Shown here one piece after another: positions 13,480 through 26,728 of a stretch of DNA of 64,000 bases; positions within the stretch are counted from its first letter, which is position 1, and each line of letters opens with the position of its first letter. Below the pieces are notes generated by a model, which saw only the letters and a program-made list of their open reading frames with translations, made no database searches and was not told the DNA's origin. The stretch comes from Octopus bimaculoides. Lineage: Eukaryota. The position numbers were made by a program, and so were the translations under genes. The DNA lies in contig NC_068999.1 of the NCBI RefSeq assembly GCF_001194135.2, positions 765,983 to 829,982 on the forward strand, in the 5' to 3' direction.

Positions 13480-14140
13480 GCAAGGTGCCTCGAAAAATCT
13501 ATTCCGCATCTTTGAGTTCTGAGAGCAATGCGTTCGAAGACACTATGCCAAGATGCGGCTTACCAATGCGGCATCAATTTCACTTGAATTTACTTTGAGA
13601 GTGTCGAGAGGTGATGCTTCATGTGCAGCGTATATATGTGAAGTTGTTTGCTTAACATTGAGCAATGCGTTTTCTGATTACTTTTTTGCAACTCTGTTTC
13701 AATCAGTTCGATCGCAACAGCCAGTTCAGCCATAACGTCGGTTGTTTTTGTTTATGAGACTATAATATCTAACGTCCCACTTCCTCGGTTTTACCAATTC
13801 TTCTCGAAATGTGCACCACTGGACCTGATACCTCACATTTCCTAGTCCTGATCTACGTTCTATAGTTCATTCATCCAAGACGTACCTTGTCAACTTGGCA
13901 TTCGCATATAAAAACATGAACAAGTCCTTTGAAGATATCGTTTTCATCTTCCTTACAGAGATTACAGGAAAGTGTCTGTAGGTTGTTGCAATCCAGGCTA
14001 AACTTCCGTGCTATTTCTTACAAGTCATCCATCCAAGTGTGGTTTCCTTAATTCTCAGTCATCCAGTTCGATGCACATCTGACACATCTAGCCATCCATA
14101 GTGTCTGCTGCGTTTCTGATGACGGCAAGATTCAGGCAGC
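13480..14140 (-). mobile_element. Highly degenerate LINE-like remnant (tentatively R4/Dong post-RT region)
   Basis: High-complexity block. Frameshifted minus-strand peptides LTRYV, NVDQ and IRSSG (13815-13829) loosely echo the LHGRYV..DVDQ..WLRSSG region of REL LINEs. Many stops. Confidence 0.3.
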
Positions 14141-14414
14141 CGCTTGATTATTTTTTTTTTATATTTCTTTGATGTTCGGTGAAATTTAATATTCGATTTC
14201 TTGTTTTCATTGAATACAGTTGGAATCAGTTATCGCTTAATTAATGTTCAGCAAATCAAAGGAAAAATTAAATTTGTAGTTTGTGAAACTATCTATGACT
14301 TCTCTATTCCGAAATTTTTATTTATATTAATAATGTTTATAGTTTGTGGTTTCCTACACACATACACACAAACACACCACACACACACAAACGTATACAT
14401 GCAAGTGTACACAC

Positions 14415-14474
<60 letters not shown>

Positions 14475-15039
14475 NNNNNNNNNNNNNNNNNNNNNNNNNN
14501 NNNNNNNNNNNNNNNNNNNNNNNNNNNNNNNNNNNNNNNNNNNNNNNNNNNNNNNNNNNNNNNNNNNNNNNNNNNNNNNNNNNNNNNNNNNNNNNNNNNN
14601 NNNNNNNNNNNNNNNNNNNNNNNNNNNNNNNNNNNNNNNNNNNNNNNNNNNNNNNNNNNNNNNNNNNNNNNNNNNNNNNNNNNNNNNNNNNNNNNNNNNN
14701 NNNNNNNNNNNNNNNNNNNNNNNNNNNNNNNNNNNNNNNNNNNNNNNNNNNNNNNNNNNNNNNNNNNNNNNNNNNNNNNNNNNNNNNNNNNNNNNNNNNN
14801 NNNNNNNNNNNNNNNNNNNNNNNNNNNNNNNNNNNNNNNNNNNNNNNNNNNNNNNNNNNNNNNNNNNNNNNNNNNNNNNNNNNNNNNNNNNNNNNNNNNN
14901 NNNNNNNNNNNNNNNNNNNNNNNNNNNNNNNNNNNNNNNNNNNNNNNNNNNNNNNNNNNNNNNNNNNNNNNNNNNNNNNNNNNNNNNNNNNNNNNNNNNN
15001 NNNNNNNNNNNNNNNNNNNNNNNNNNNNNNNNNNNNNNN

Positions 15040-15077
<38 letters not shown>

Positions 15078-15500
15078 GCACACATTTATATGATATCATT
15101 TAGATCACAGAGCGCACTATATATTTCCAAGCGGTCGATATGAAAGAACCGAGTGAATAAAATTTATGACAGTCTAGCCACATTAAATACATTACATTTG
15201 TGTCTACATGCATACATACATACATACATACATACACGTACACACAAATACATATTTCTCGACGAATTGCTTTCGCTATGATGAAGATGGCTGATTGGCA
15301 ATTTTTCTGGAAAATTCTCAAGCATCGTTGTCAATCTACCTTCTCGAACTTACAGACACGAAAAATACAAGCGAACCTTTAAAGAAAGCAATCCATGTTT
15401 ACAATCATTAGATAACTCAATTCTATTTATCACTTCTTCCTATACGTATAAAGTTTCAAAGCAGATGACCCCTTCACGTTTGTTATATCGCTTTATATCC

Positions 15501-15564
<64 letters not shown>

Positions 15565-15664
15565 CTCTCTCTCTATATATATATATAGACATACATACAT
15601 ACATACATAATGTGTGTATGCTTGCATTAATAAATACATATATATCTGCGTAAGTGTGTGTACG

Positions 15665-15712
<48 letters not shown>

Positions 15713-16554
15713 TAGATAGATAGATAGATAGATAGAGTGAGTGAGTGAGTGAGTGAGTGAGTATGAGAGAGAGTATGACAGATAAATATATGCATTCGTG
15801 GACGCATGGGTTTGTATGTTTATGTAAGTTTGGAAACTTTTGTACTTGGTGTGCATTAAGTATTGTTGTATGTTGAATCATATTTAATCTTTGATAGATT
15901 TAAATGTAAATCGGAAATATTTCGCCCCGCAGCAGATTTGTAACATTTCGTTGGAAACATTAAATTTCTTGCCAGAAAGGGAATCTTTGTTTTAGTCCCA
16001 TTACATTATTATTTGTCTGAAAGGCTAAATATATTTTAATGCATATGTATATATTTTAAACATTAAGTATGAAGACAAATATAGACAAAAATTCTGTTAA
16101 AAGAAAGATGCATTTGAACGATAATGCATACAGAAAATTTGCATTAAATTCTATTTTGTTTAACTTTGGAACCACTGATGTTATTTCACATTGCAAGGGG
16201 ATAAATATGGTTAAATTGTTATAATATATCTTTGCTTGTATTTGAATATAAGCCACATGAGGAAGAGAATGAAGAATGTTTGCAACCAGCTAAAATGGCG
16301 AAGCTGTTTCCGCCTTTTGTTAAAGACAATGGCTGTCTTTTGCGGCAATAATTTATTAGAAAACGAAAGATTGTGTATCATAATATCTCGCAATCGTTTC
16401 TATTAATATTTCATTGTGAATCTATTCCGAATTTAGACATTAAGCAATTTTAAATGCAATATATCAGTTTTAAAGATAGGATGGTCACGGCCGAAACCAC
16501 TAATGAAACCACTGTTATCATTATAAAGACCGTTTCAGTATCATTCTCATGGAT

Positions 16555-16730
16555 TAGCTGCATTTCTTTCGGCTTTACGCTCTGAGTTCAGACACAGCTG
16601 GGGTCTATTTTACGTTCATCTTTTCCGGGGTCGATAAAATAAGTACTAATTTAGCACTAGGGGTCGATGTAATCGGCTGGCCATTAGCTTTGAAACTTCA
16701 GCCGTTGTTCTTGTAATAGAAAGCATTATT
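16555..16730 (+). mobile_element. SINE family 1, 5'-truncated
   Basis: Contains tctgagttcag, ttccggggtcgataaaataagtac and ggggtcgatgtaatcg. Confidence 0.8.
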
Positions 16731-17192
16731 TTTTTATTCTGTTGGAGGTGGAGCCTTTGTAAGATCGGGGAGTGTTGGGAGAATTGTTTCTGGTAATTTT
16801 TCCGTCCCTGTACATTCGAAGTTCAAATACTTGCGATATCATCTTTGTCTTTAAGTCCGTCACTGTAAATAAGATAAGATGTCAATAAAGGACTAGGGAC
16901 CGTGGTATCAAGTAAGGCTCTGCCCATGAATATTGCTTGCATTGAGACCAAATTAGAAACCAATGTTACAGAGCTGCTCTAATGTGGCTGGTCTGAATGG
17001 AAACAGCGGCAACAGGAACTGAATCAAGTAGACTCTAATTGGTTGGTAGATTTGCTAGATAGAGCAATATAGTCGCCCTCAAATCCCCATTCTACTCTTT
17101 AAATACAGAACAAAATATGCGGAAGTAAATGTAATCTTCCATAGAGAGGTTTGTCAGGGCTGGAGTGCCACAAAGTGGTTTGTCAGTTTTTT

Positions 17193-17350
17193 ATGTATGC
17201 ATGATTATGTGAGTGCACATATTTGAGCGTGAGTATATGTGTGGGCGTATACGCATCGATAAGCCTGTTACAGATGTGTATGTATATATGGATGAGTCTA
17301 TGTAAATATGTTGAATGGCGGACGTGCATGTATAAATGAGTGTGTGTGTG
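17193..17350 (+). repeat. Diverged local direct repeat, copy 1 (copy 2 at about 18480-18640)
   Basis: Colinear alignment: gcacatattt..gtgagtat..cgtatacgca..cctgtt..gatgtgt..atgagt..tatgttgaatggc..catgtataaatgag. Confidence 0.85.
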
Positions 17351-17766
17351 TGTGTGTGTGTATGTATGTGCGTGCGTGTGTACATATTTGTGCCTATAGA
17401 TGTCTGCGTATATTGTCGCATCCTCTCCTGGGTTTGATATCAGATGGAAGAAGACGAAGAAAAAAATTTAAAAAATAAATTTTTTAATGGAATTAGAAGA
17501 AAGAGTAAAAAAGAAGGTCATGAAAAAGAAGCCTGGGAAAAAAAGAACGACAAGAACAAGCACAAATAAAAGACGAAGAGATGATGAAGAAAATGAAGGA
17601 GGAGGAGGAGCAAGGGGAAATATGAAGAGGAAAAAGAAGGAACAAGTCGGAGAAGAATAAAAACGATTGCGACGACGACGGTAAGAAGAAGAGCGTCAGC
17701 GAGGACGACTGCAACAACATTATCGACGACGAAAAGGAGAACATTAATAACAACGACTACAACAGT

Positions 17767-17797
<31 letters not shown>

Positions 17798-18479
17798 GTT
17801 ATATGTTGGGAAATTGCTAAGACTTTACGCGATAACAGCAAGAAGAATCTTCTCCAAAGCAAGGAATTTTTCTAACAACAAATATCGAAACAAATTTTCC
17901 CTGAATGATAATGAGGAAGACATCAAATTTCACTGTTCCCATTAGGGCCAATTGTACTTTATGGCATAATGCATTAGAATAACAAGATTATCCTGATATC
18001 TAGAGAGCGAGAGTGCACAAATGAGTTTTCTCGCTCTGATAAGATATGGCAGCAAAGCCTTCCTCAAATAAACGATCATGAGACTTAATTAAAGGAAGAT
18101 TACAACGAAGCATATCTGAACTTTATATAATGATCACTAATTAGAACAAGAAAAATCATTGTGATTAGAAAATTACATAAATACACACACACACACACAC
18201 AGACATGCATATACATACACAAATACACACAATACATACGCACAGAGGCTCATGTGCATATATAATTTACTATATGTATGAATATATATNNNNNNNNNNN
18301 NNNNNNNNNNNNNNNNNNNNNNNNNNNNNNNNNNNNNNNNNNNNNNNNNNNNNNNNNNNNNNNNNNNNNNNNNNNNNNNNNNNNNNNNNNNNNNNNNNNN
18401 NNNNNNNNNNNNNNNNNNNNNNNNNNNTATATATATATATATATATATATATCTATAGTAGAAAATATAGGTGGTTTTC

Positions 18480-18640
18480 TATGAATGCATAAATGTGTGA
18501 GCGCACATATTTCAGTGTGAGTATGTATGCCTGGACGTATACGCACCGTTAAACCTGTTGTTGATGTGTGTGTATATATGAATGAGTTTATATATATATG
18601 TTGAATGGCACACGTACATGTATAAATGAGTATGCGTGTG
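18480..18640 (+). repeat. Diverged local direct repeat, copy 2
   Basis: Same colinear motifs as 17193-17350, offset by 1290 bp. Confidence 0.85.
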
Positions 18641-19062
18641 CGTGTGTAGAATTTGTATGTTGGTATATTGATATTAATTCTTTGGTCCCTCCGTCTCTAC
18701 TTCTCTCTCTTCTCTTCCCGCGTGACCCGCGTTCGGCCAAGCCTGAACATTCTTTCTTGGCCGGACGTTGTGCGTGCAACATCAATATTCCTCCTTGTGT
18801 TTGTGAAATCTTGTATCCCTGCCGTAAGGCTTATTTTCCACACACGTCAGCTTAATTTAATTCGACCTTAGTCGAAAGACACCTGTTGTTATGTCCAGTT
18901 ATTATTTTTATTGTATTTGTGTAACATTGTTCGTTTTTTTCCATCCTTGTTTTTGTATACATTCGTTGCTTTCTTCCTTGGATTCTAATGCTGTTAGCTT
19001 AGTGTTTTCCTTGGGGTTTGACAGATTGGAGCAATATCGACTATAACCAACCGAAATTGCAA

Positions 19063-19123
<61 letters not shown>

Positions 19124-19948
19124 CTTTCCTGTATAAATCATTCTTCAGAAAGAGATAGATATAAACAGTGAATTATTATGAGATTAGTAAAGTATAAAAA
19201 AAAAACGTGATAAATTTGACAAACCAGACGTCGGAGGATTTGAGAAATTAGATTTGAAAAAAAATGGAAGACATACATCGAATTCCTCTAAGTAAAATAT
19301 TATCTTGTGTATCTGCCGCCGAACCTGATCCTTCAGGACAGAAAAGAACTTAACGATTAATTCATTTGCAATTTTATGTAGTAAAGGATTCTTCTTCAAG
19401 TGTTTTCCCTCGTAGAAATTTACCATTTAAAATACAAACACAAAGATGTCATAATATTTTCAACAACCACCTGTATGAAAATGTTGGTGTGCGTTGTCTT
19501 TTGACAAGAGTTAAAATTCTTCAAATGTGCAACTCGAATTGCATATCTGACGACGATTATGCATATGCAGGCTGACAGAAGATATGCAATCAAGTGTATA
19601 TCAATGCAGATTTCCTGTAATTGCTGATTCCCAAATGTCAGTCATATGTCAGTTCCGAACGAAATTGCTGTCCGTATTTGACTGCATCCATTCCGTAGAA
19701 TCAACTCCACTCACAAATTATTCTTCGGGAGAAAATGTGCTTTGCTGCCCTTTGTAGATTTTGTTGTTGTTTTTCTTGCTTGTGTTGCTGTATTCTAGAT
19801 AATACTCTTGGAGATTCGAATTCACCAAATTTAAGCATAACATTCAAGTCATGTATGTATACACGAACACGCGAACAAACATCTTAATATACATTCATTC
19901 GTACACACATACGTTTATTCTGTACTTATATACATATGTATATGTATA

Positions 19949-19999
<51 letters not shown>

Positions 20000-20282
20000 A
20001 TATCAATTGAAACAGAATGTATGAGTAAATCTGTATGCAATAGGTCGATGTAAACTCTCTTGCAGGAACAAGACAACAGATTATTTCGAATCATATTGTA
20101 AGTCGTGGGTATTGGTACTGGCATATATATATATATTTAGAGAAAGAGAGAGAGAAAGAGACAGGGAGAGATAGATAGATACATAGAGAGATAGATAAAG
20201 ATATATATTGATAGGCAGATAGATATAGGTAGATATACAAACATGTATATGTATATATATGTATATATACATACGTACATAC

Positions 20283-20337
<55 letters not shown>

Positions 20338-21234
20338 TATATATGCGTATTTATGTATGTATACGTGTGTGTACGTATACACACACACACACGCACACAA
20401 ACACAAAAACACACGCACACAAACACAAACACACACACAATCACACACACACACACACACACCCACACATACACATACATATATATATATGTATATTTAC
20501 ATATGGATACGTACACACACATTTATATATACTCATATATGTATATATATATACTTGTTACATTTATCTGTGTGTGTGTATGAAAGAGAGGGAAAGAGAG
20601 GGAGAGAGAGGGAGAGAGAGGGAGAGAGAGATAGTGAATGGATGTCAGAGTGGTTACTGGGTTGTCAGATAAATTTGATATCGCTTTTCTACTCGTCACT
20701 CCATTGTTATATATCTGAAGAGAGATTTAATTTACTCCAATTTCGGAAACGGTAAATAAAAGTTCTATAGCAAGAAATAGTGTCAAAAATATCTCATAAA
20801 TCATTACGTTAAATATGTTAAATGAGTGGGGAGGGAGAGATCGTAGGAATTTATTTGACATGCCAATATATATTTAAGTAAAAAAAAAACCAAAAACAAA
20901 GGCACGTATATAATAGTATATTGAATGTTTCGTGCAGAAATACATGAGATGTGTACTCATGTCTTGTTTTTACATCTGTCTCAGTCTAACAATAACAAGT
21001 GTCATAACTTCTTTATTAAATTAGGGATTGAATAATCTATGGTGAATGCACATTTAAAAAAAAGCTAGCGTTAATGCTAAGGAGATAAACGATCGAGGTA
21101 TTTTATGTTACCTACCGTGATCTGTGTATCTATTTCGAAATCCGGTTCTCTCTCACATAACATCGTGTATTCCCATCTAAAATGGAGACAAATAATGTAC
21201 GTATATAGGTGTGTGTGTGTATATATGTGTGTGT

Positions 21235-21275
<41 letters not shown>

Positions 21276-21421
21276 TGTGTCTGTGTGTGTGTGTGTGTGT
21301 GTGTGANNNNNNNNNNNNNNNNNNNNNNNNNNNNNNNNNNNNNNNNNNNNNNNNNNNNNNNNNNNNNNNNNNNNNNNNNNNNNNNNNNNNNNNNGGTGTG
21401 TGTGTGTATATATGTGTGTGT

Positions 21422-21462
<41 letters not shown>

Positions 21463-21607
21463 TGTGTCTGTGTGTGTGTGTGTGTGTGTGTGAAAACAGT
21501 GTAAGATAGAATTACAAATGAAAATTTTAACATCATATAGCCCCAATGTTCTTGAAATAAGAATAAAGAAATAAACAATCTACTATATAATAATTATTTC
21601 GAGGTCA

Positions 21608-21715
21608 AGGCGCTGAGGTGGCAGAATTTTTAGCACGATGGGCAAAATGCAGCTAAGCATTTTATATTCTGCTCAGGTTGAGTTTACCTTTCATTCTTTT
21701 GTTGTCAATGAAATG
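21608..21715 (+). mobile_element. Degenerate SINE family 1 head
   Basis: aaggcgctgaggtggcagaatttttagcacgatgggcaaaatgc resembles the 3817 head. Confidence 0.65.
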
Positions 21716-22689
21716 AGCAGCGTTTGAGGACTCGTGCCCTAGTCGTAACACCAACTTGAACTTGTGGTTTCTTGAAGTCTCTGGGTGAGACTTTGAGTCA
21801 ACGTGTACAAATGCAAAGCATATACAAAGCATATAATTGAAGCATGACCTTCAATTATTATTCAATATGTGCACGCACACACACACACACACACGCACAC
21901 ATATATATATATATACACATTGAGAGAGAGAGAGAGAGAGAGGGGGGGAGAAATACATAGACAGATAGTTACATTCATACATACATACATAAGTGCATAC
22001 ATACACGCATATACTCCCCCATACATGTGTTTGCATTTGTGCTCATAACGAATGGTTATTTATGTATATTTACGCAATAAACGCCTTATTTCGCCGTTTC
22101 TTTCCTCAACCGCCTGCATACTTTAATCTGCTTAAGCTGCATAACAGAATATCCGGCAACATTTATATAATCATTGTTGCATCTGGAGCAACGTTAACAC
22201 TTAATTACTTGTCAGAATAATAAACGACGACGGTGCATGTCTCCTTTTTATGCAACGAGCATATGACCGGTATCCGTACTCAATATTTAATATATCTACT
22301 TCTTTTGAAAGCCTGCTGTTCTGTGATTACTTTTCCTCAGAGGCATAATTATGAGAATATGACAAGAGCTTTCGTTATAGAAACAAGGTTAGCTTGTCGA
22401 ATTAAATACCGTGTGTTACCTAATTAGTTCTCTTAGCATTCTGCTTTCATCAGTTTGTTGCCGTTAAGAATTATCGATTAAGTAGAGGCGGCAGGGTTAG
22501 TTCACACCAGTAATCCTCTCACCTTAATATTTCAGCCTAATGGTGCACAAGTTAAGGAATTATGATTAATTACGTCATTTCCTTGATTTTTGTTGCTACT
22601 ATTTTTGTCGTTCATATTTCAACAAAATGACATCAAGTCTAATTTCTCCTGCTTATCGTTTATGTGTATGTATCAAAGAAAAAAAAACC

Positions 22690-22900
22690 ACATTTCGATT
22701 CACCCGTCCGCCAGTTTTTGAAGATAACCAAACCACCATAATGAGTTCGAGCCACTCACCCAATGAGTATTTCTGCCACATGCGGTGAAAATCCGCTCAG
22801 CCGTTTACCAGTAATTTTGGAAATACACAGAGAAACAGACAAAAACGAGTGATTACAAAATCCTGCTTTCGTTTACACGCGCACTGCAATAAAATGCTAA
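22690..22900. mobile_element. Possible non-autonomous Helentron/HINE-like element end
   Basis: The motif ggtgaaaatccgctcagccgttt...acagacaaaaacgagtgattaca resembles ends of such elements, from memory only. Confidence 0.3.
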
Positions 22901-23460
22901 AAATCAGAATAACAACGCACCAAAGACAGAATCACCGAGGAAGCCTGTACTCTGAAGTTCACCCTGTTTAAAATACGCACTAATCTGGATAAAACAACAT
23001 GAGCATCATTCGATCAGCCAGAGACGGCTTCTCCTGGAAGCAGCCAGCACTAAGAATATTATTTCATGTAGCAACACATCAGATTTCAAAGTGAACTGGG
23101 AGAGGAACACATGACATGGTGCGTCGGTTTCTCTAAAATATAACATAAAACGTGTATAAAGAAAAACTAATGTCATATTAACCAATAGAAAGGAAACAGT
23201 TGCGAAACGGTCACGATTGAAATGTTTTTGGCAATGTTTTTGGCAATATTCAGTGTTGACCTGCGGAGGAGCTATAAATAACATCTATCACTGATCTATA
23301 TTATCGAAGCCAGAGATTGTCCAAATGTTACAAACCGCTTTCACACTCCACCTGCAGTGCTTGAAATTCTAGCTCTGTATATCAGTAGCTTCCAGTTTCC
23401 TAAATAACAAATATGTCTACTCTGTACTATTTTCCTATTTCTGATGCTAAATCTTCTATA

Positions 23461-23527
23461 CTTCTCTTCTTCTTCTTCTTCTTCTTCTTCTTCTTCTTCT
23501 TCTTCTTCTTCTTCTTCTCCTTCTTCT

Positions 23528-23559
<32 letters not shown>

Positions 23560-23630
23560 TTCTTCTTCTTCTTCTTCTTCTTCTTCTTCTTCTTCTTCTT
23601 CTTCTTCTTCTTCTTCTTCTCTCTCCTCTT
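23461..23630. repeat. (TTC)n polypyrimidine microsatellite
   Basis: About 170 bp of near-perfect TTC. Confidence 0.97.
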
Positions 23631-24504
23631 TACTATTTCACTCAGTGTATTTGATGAAGAGCAACATCTTACTTCGTTGACGTTGCATCAATTCAGATAA
23701 CAGAGGTAAGGTTAGATAGTTGAAATTACACATTATTAACTTTCATCTCCTGAGAATTGGACAAGAAGAAAAACAGACAGAATAAAAAAGAAAGAGAGAG
23801 AAAAGTAGACGAATAAGAAGAAATAAATGTGTAGAGATGCAAGACAATTTTGAGATGAGAATTTGCAACGGTTATGTAAACTCCATGGGAAATTCAGTGC
23901 AAACATTCGCAGAGAAGTTTGGCGCAGTTTTATTCATATTATTGGCCTATTATAACAATTGTATCTGCTATAATAGGGAATGTTTATACATAAATCAAGT
24001 AGTTTGGTTCCATAGAGGATTCGTATGACAATTCTAAAGAAAGTCGAAAGATATATACTATTGAAGAAACGCATTAATCTCAAGTTAAATTTCAATTCGT
24101 AAATTGTAATAGCAGCCAGCATATGTAGTCGAGCAGTGCATTGGTACAAAGAGAATTTACATCTCACCGCATGAAAAAGATTCATTCTTACAATAAATTA
24201 CTTTCTATCTTCTTCGTTCCACTTTTTCTATTGGAAATTCCTCTTACAGTAAAATACATTCAATGGTGTGCCAAACTAGGACTAATCATGGATAACACGA
24301 AGGCACCTAGTTCGCAGCAAAATCCTTAATTTTTCAAATCACGCTCAGAAATTGTTCTGCTGTACATTTGGCGGGTCGGTAAAATTAAGTACCAGTCATT
24401 CGTAAATAAGAAGAAAAAATCGTGAGCTCTAAGACTCATAATTCATACGTATACGTTTTCGATGGCGTTAAAATAGCAAAGATCACATTATACACCGGCT
24501 GAAA

Positions 24505-24678
24505 GGGACGCCAGTCCATGGCAAGATTAAAGGAGATCAGAGTTAGATCGAACTTCACCGCTACTGTATTTTATCGATCCCGAAAACCGATGTTGGTGAG
24601 TCCTGGGGTTCAATTGTTCGACTAAAGGTGGTGCTCCAGCATGGCCGCAGTCAGATAACTGAAACAAATAAAAGAAAA
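24505..24678. mobile_element. Composite SINE remnants: minus-strand core (ttttatcgatcccgaaaa) abutting a plus-strand family 3 3' end
   Basis: The segment gtcctggggttcaattgttcgactaaaggtggtgctccagcatggccgcagtcagataactgaaac recurs at 26618, 45195 and 52015. Confidence 0.75.
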
Positions 24679-25368
24679 AATATATATATACAGACATGCT
24701 ATGTTCCTTTAGGAACAGGTAAAGTACAATATGTGTGTGTGTGTGTATATGTGTGTGTATGTGTGTGTATGTGCGTGTGTGTGTATAAACATAACTTTCC
24801 TTTAGCAATCCCATATTTAAATATGCTTTACTAGATTTTCCTGATACATTTTGAAACTAGTGTCAGTATTAAAATTTTGGCGAGTCTAAATAAAAGCTGT
24901 TGTCTTGGAAAATTCCAAAGCAAGCCAGACGATTTATATGATGCGTCGTAGAACTTTCCCAAATGATCTTCATTTACCATCTTGGTTGTATTAAACCCGT
25001 AAAATATAGATAAGCACTGACAGTTCCAGCTATTTACTGGTAATAAAACAGAACAACAACTGAAGCAGCTTTCTCGGACGCACGTTACAAATAACAACTT
25101 CAACCTTCCAGTATCTTCATGTAGCTATTTTGCATAACGCACACACAGGCAAGCACGCGCGTGCGCGTGTACACATGTACACACTGAGAAACATACAAAC
25201 ATACTTTAATAAACACAGCTTTTATGCCAAGAGAGCAAAACGTTTTCTTTTTGTTTTTTGACATATTTGAACAGGTAGCGTTCTGCTCGAAATATTTGGA
25301 ATAATTTCATATTTTTACGGTTATATATCTCGGTATACTTACTATTGCTATAATTCATATTTGATGGT

Positions 25369-25585
25369 AAGGCAGTGAGCTGGCACAATCGCTAGCTTGC
25401 CAGGAAACATGCTTAGCGGCATTTCGTCCGTCATTACGTTCTGAGTTCAGATTCCGCTGAGGTAGACTTAGTTGTTCATCCTTTCTGGGTCGATAAAATA
25501 AGTGCCAGTTATGTACTGTTATCGATGTAAACGACTAGCCTCTCCCCTCAAAGTTTCCGGCCTAGTGCTTTTGCTTGAAAGGTTT
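25369..25585 (+). mobile_element. Near full-length SINE family 1
   Basis: Head aaggcagtgagctggcacaatcgctagc, B-box-like gagttcagattc and core ctttctgggtcgataaaataagt. Colinear with the 3817 copy. Confidence 0.85.
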
Positions 25586-26617
25586 ATTCATGTTTGATGC
25601 TGATCTCCATTGTCGTAAGTAATGGCTTTACCTCATTGTCCCGGAAACATCCAGAAATGACAAAACAAACTATCATACATACTCTGTGCAGTATTAATAA
25701 CTACAAAAGTTTCGACCTTTATATAAATATATAAATATATATATATATATAAATATATAAATATATATATATATAAATATATAAATATATAAATATATAA
25801 ATATATATATATATAAATATATAAATATATATATTTGTCTTTGTTGCCGTACACATTCGCTAGCTTTCTTACAAAGGGGTCTAATGCTCTTAGCTTAGAC
25901 ACTTGGGGGACAACCAGATGGAACTATATCAAGTGTAACTGTCCGAAATGGTCGTGACTTCTGGTACTTGACTGATGAAAGAAAGCCAAGAATGACCCGT
26001 CTTTTTTGCCAGTCCTTCTAATTGTTGTTTCTCTTGTCTGCCTTTGTATCGTCCATCTGTCCGAACGTTTTAATGCCCTCTATTGCGTTTTTGTTCCATT
26101 TTTATATTTATATATACAAATATGATACAAAGCTTTTGAGGTAAGGATGTAATAGAATATATTACGACAGTTTACTAAAACAAACCCCAACACAGAACCA
26201 ACTGGTAGAATCTCCTACCCATGTAATATCAGAATTCAACGCACCGATCCAAAGGTCTTCTGTAATATATACATATGTACAAATATGTGTACGTCTACAT
26301 CTAATGCATATATTTGTGTGAATATGCAAAATATATTTAAATGTGAATAAACATAGCAAACATGTTTCTTTTATTAATAAACCTAAATGTCGTTTCTTAT
26401 CTTCCTCAATCTCAATATTTCTCCCCAAGATATTGATTTTATTAATGAAGGGTGCTTTGGTTGAACTTTTCAACGAATATTTATCACACTTACAAGTGTG
26501 AAGCGATAGTGCAATTAACATTTCAAGCAACAAGTTGATTCCAGTTTCTAAATCTCATTAATAGCTGCTCATTTGAACAAAATACAAGAAACAAATGAAC
26601 AAAGAGTAAGTCTCGAA

Positions 26618-26678
26618 GTCGATTAGCTCGACTAAGAAGGCGGTGCTCCGGCATGACCGCAGTCAAATAACTGAAACG
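26618..26678 (+). mobile_element. SINE family 3 3' end
   Basis: gctcgactaagaaggcggtgctccggcatgaccgcagtcaaataactgaaac. Confidence 0.75.
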
Positions 26679-26691
26679 TATGTATGTACAA

Positions 26692-26728
<37 letters not shown>

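Noticed and set aside
19538-19590. 11-bp inverted repeat attgcatatct/agatatgcaat
   Set aside because: It is short and AT-rich with a 31-nt spacer, which is expected by chance in 64 kb.
21208-21492. About 98-bp near-identical direct repeat on both sides of an N-gap
   Set aside because: This is most likely overlapping contig ends left unmerged by the scaffolder, an assembly artefact.
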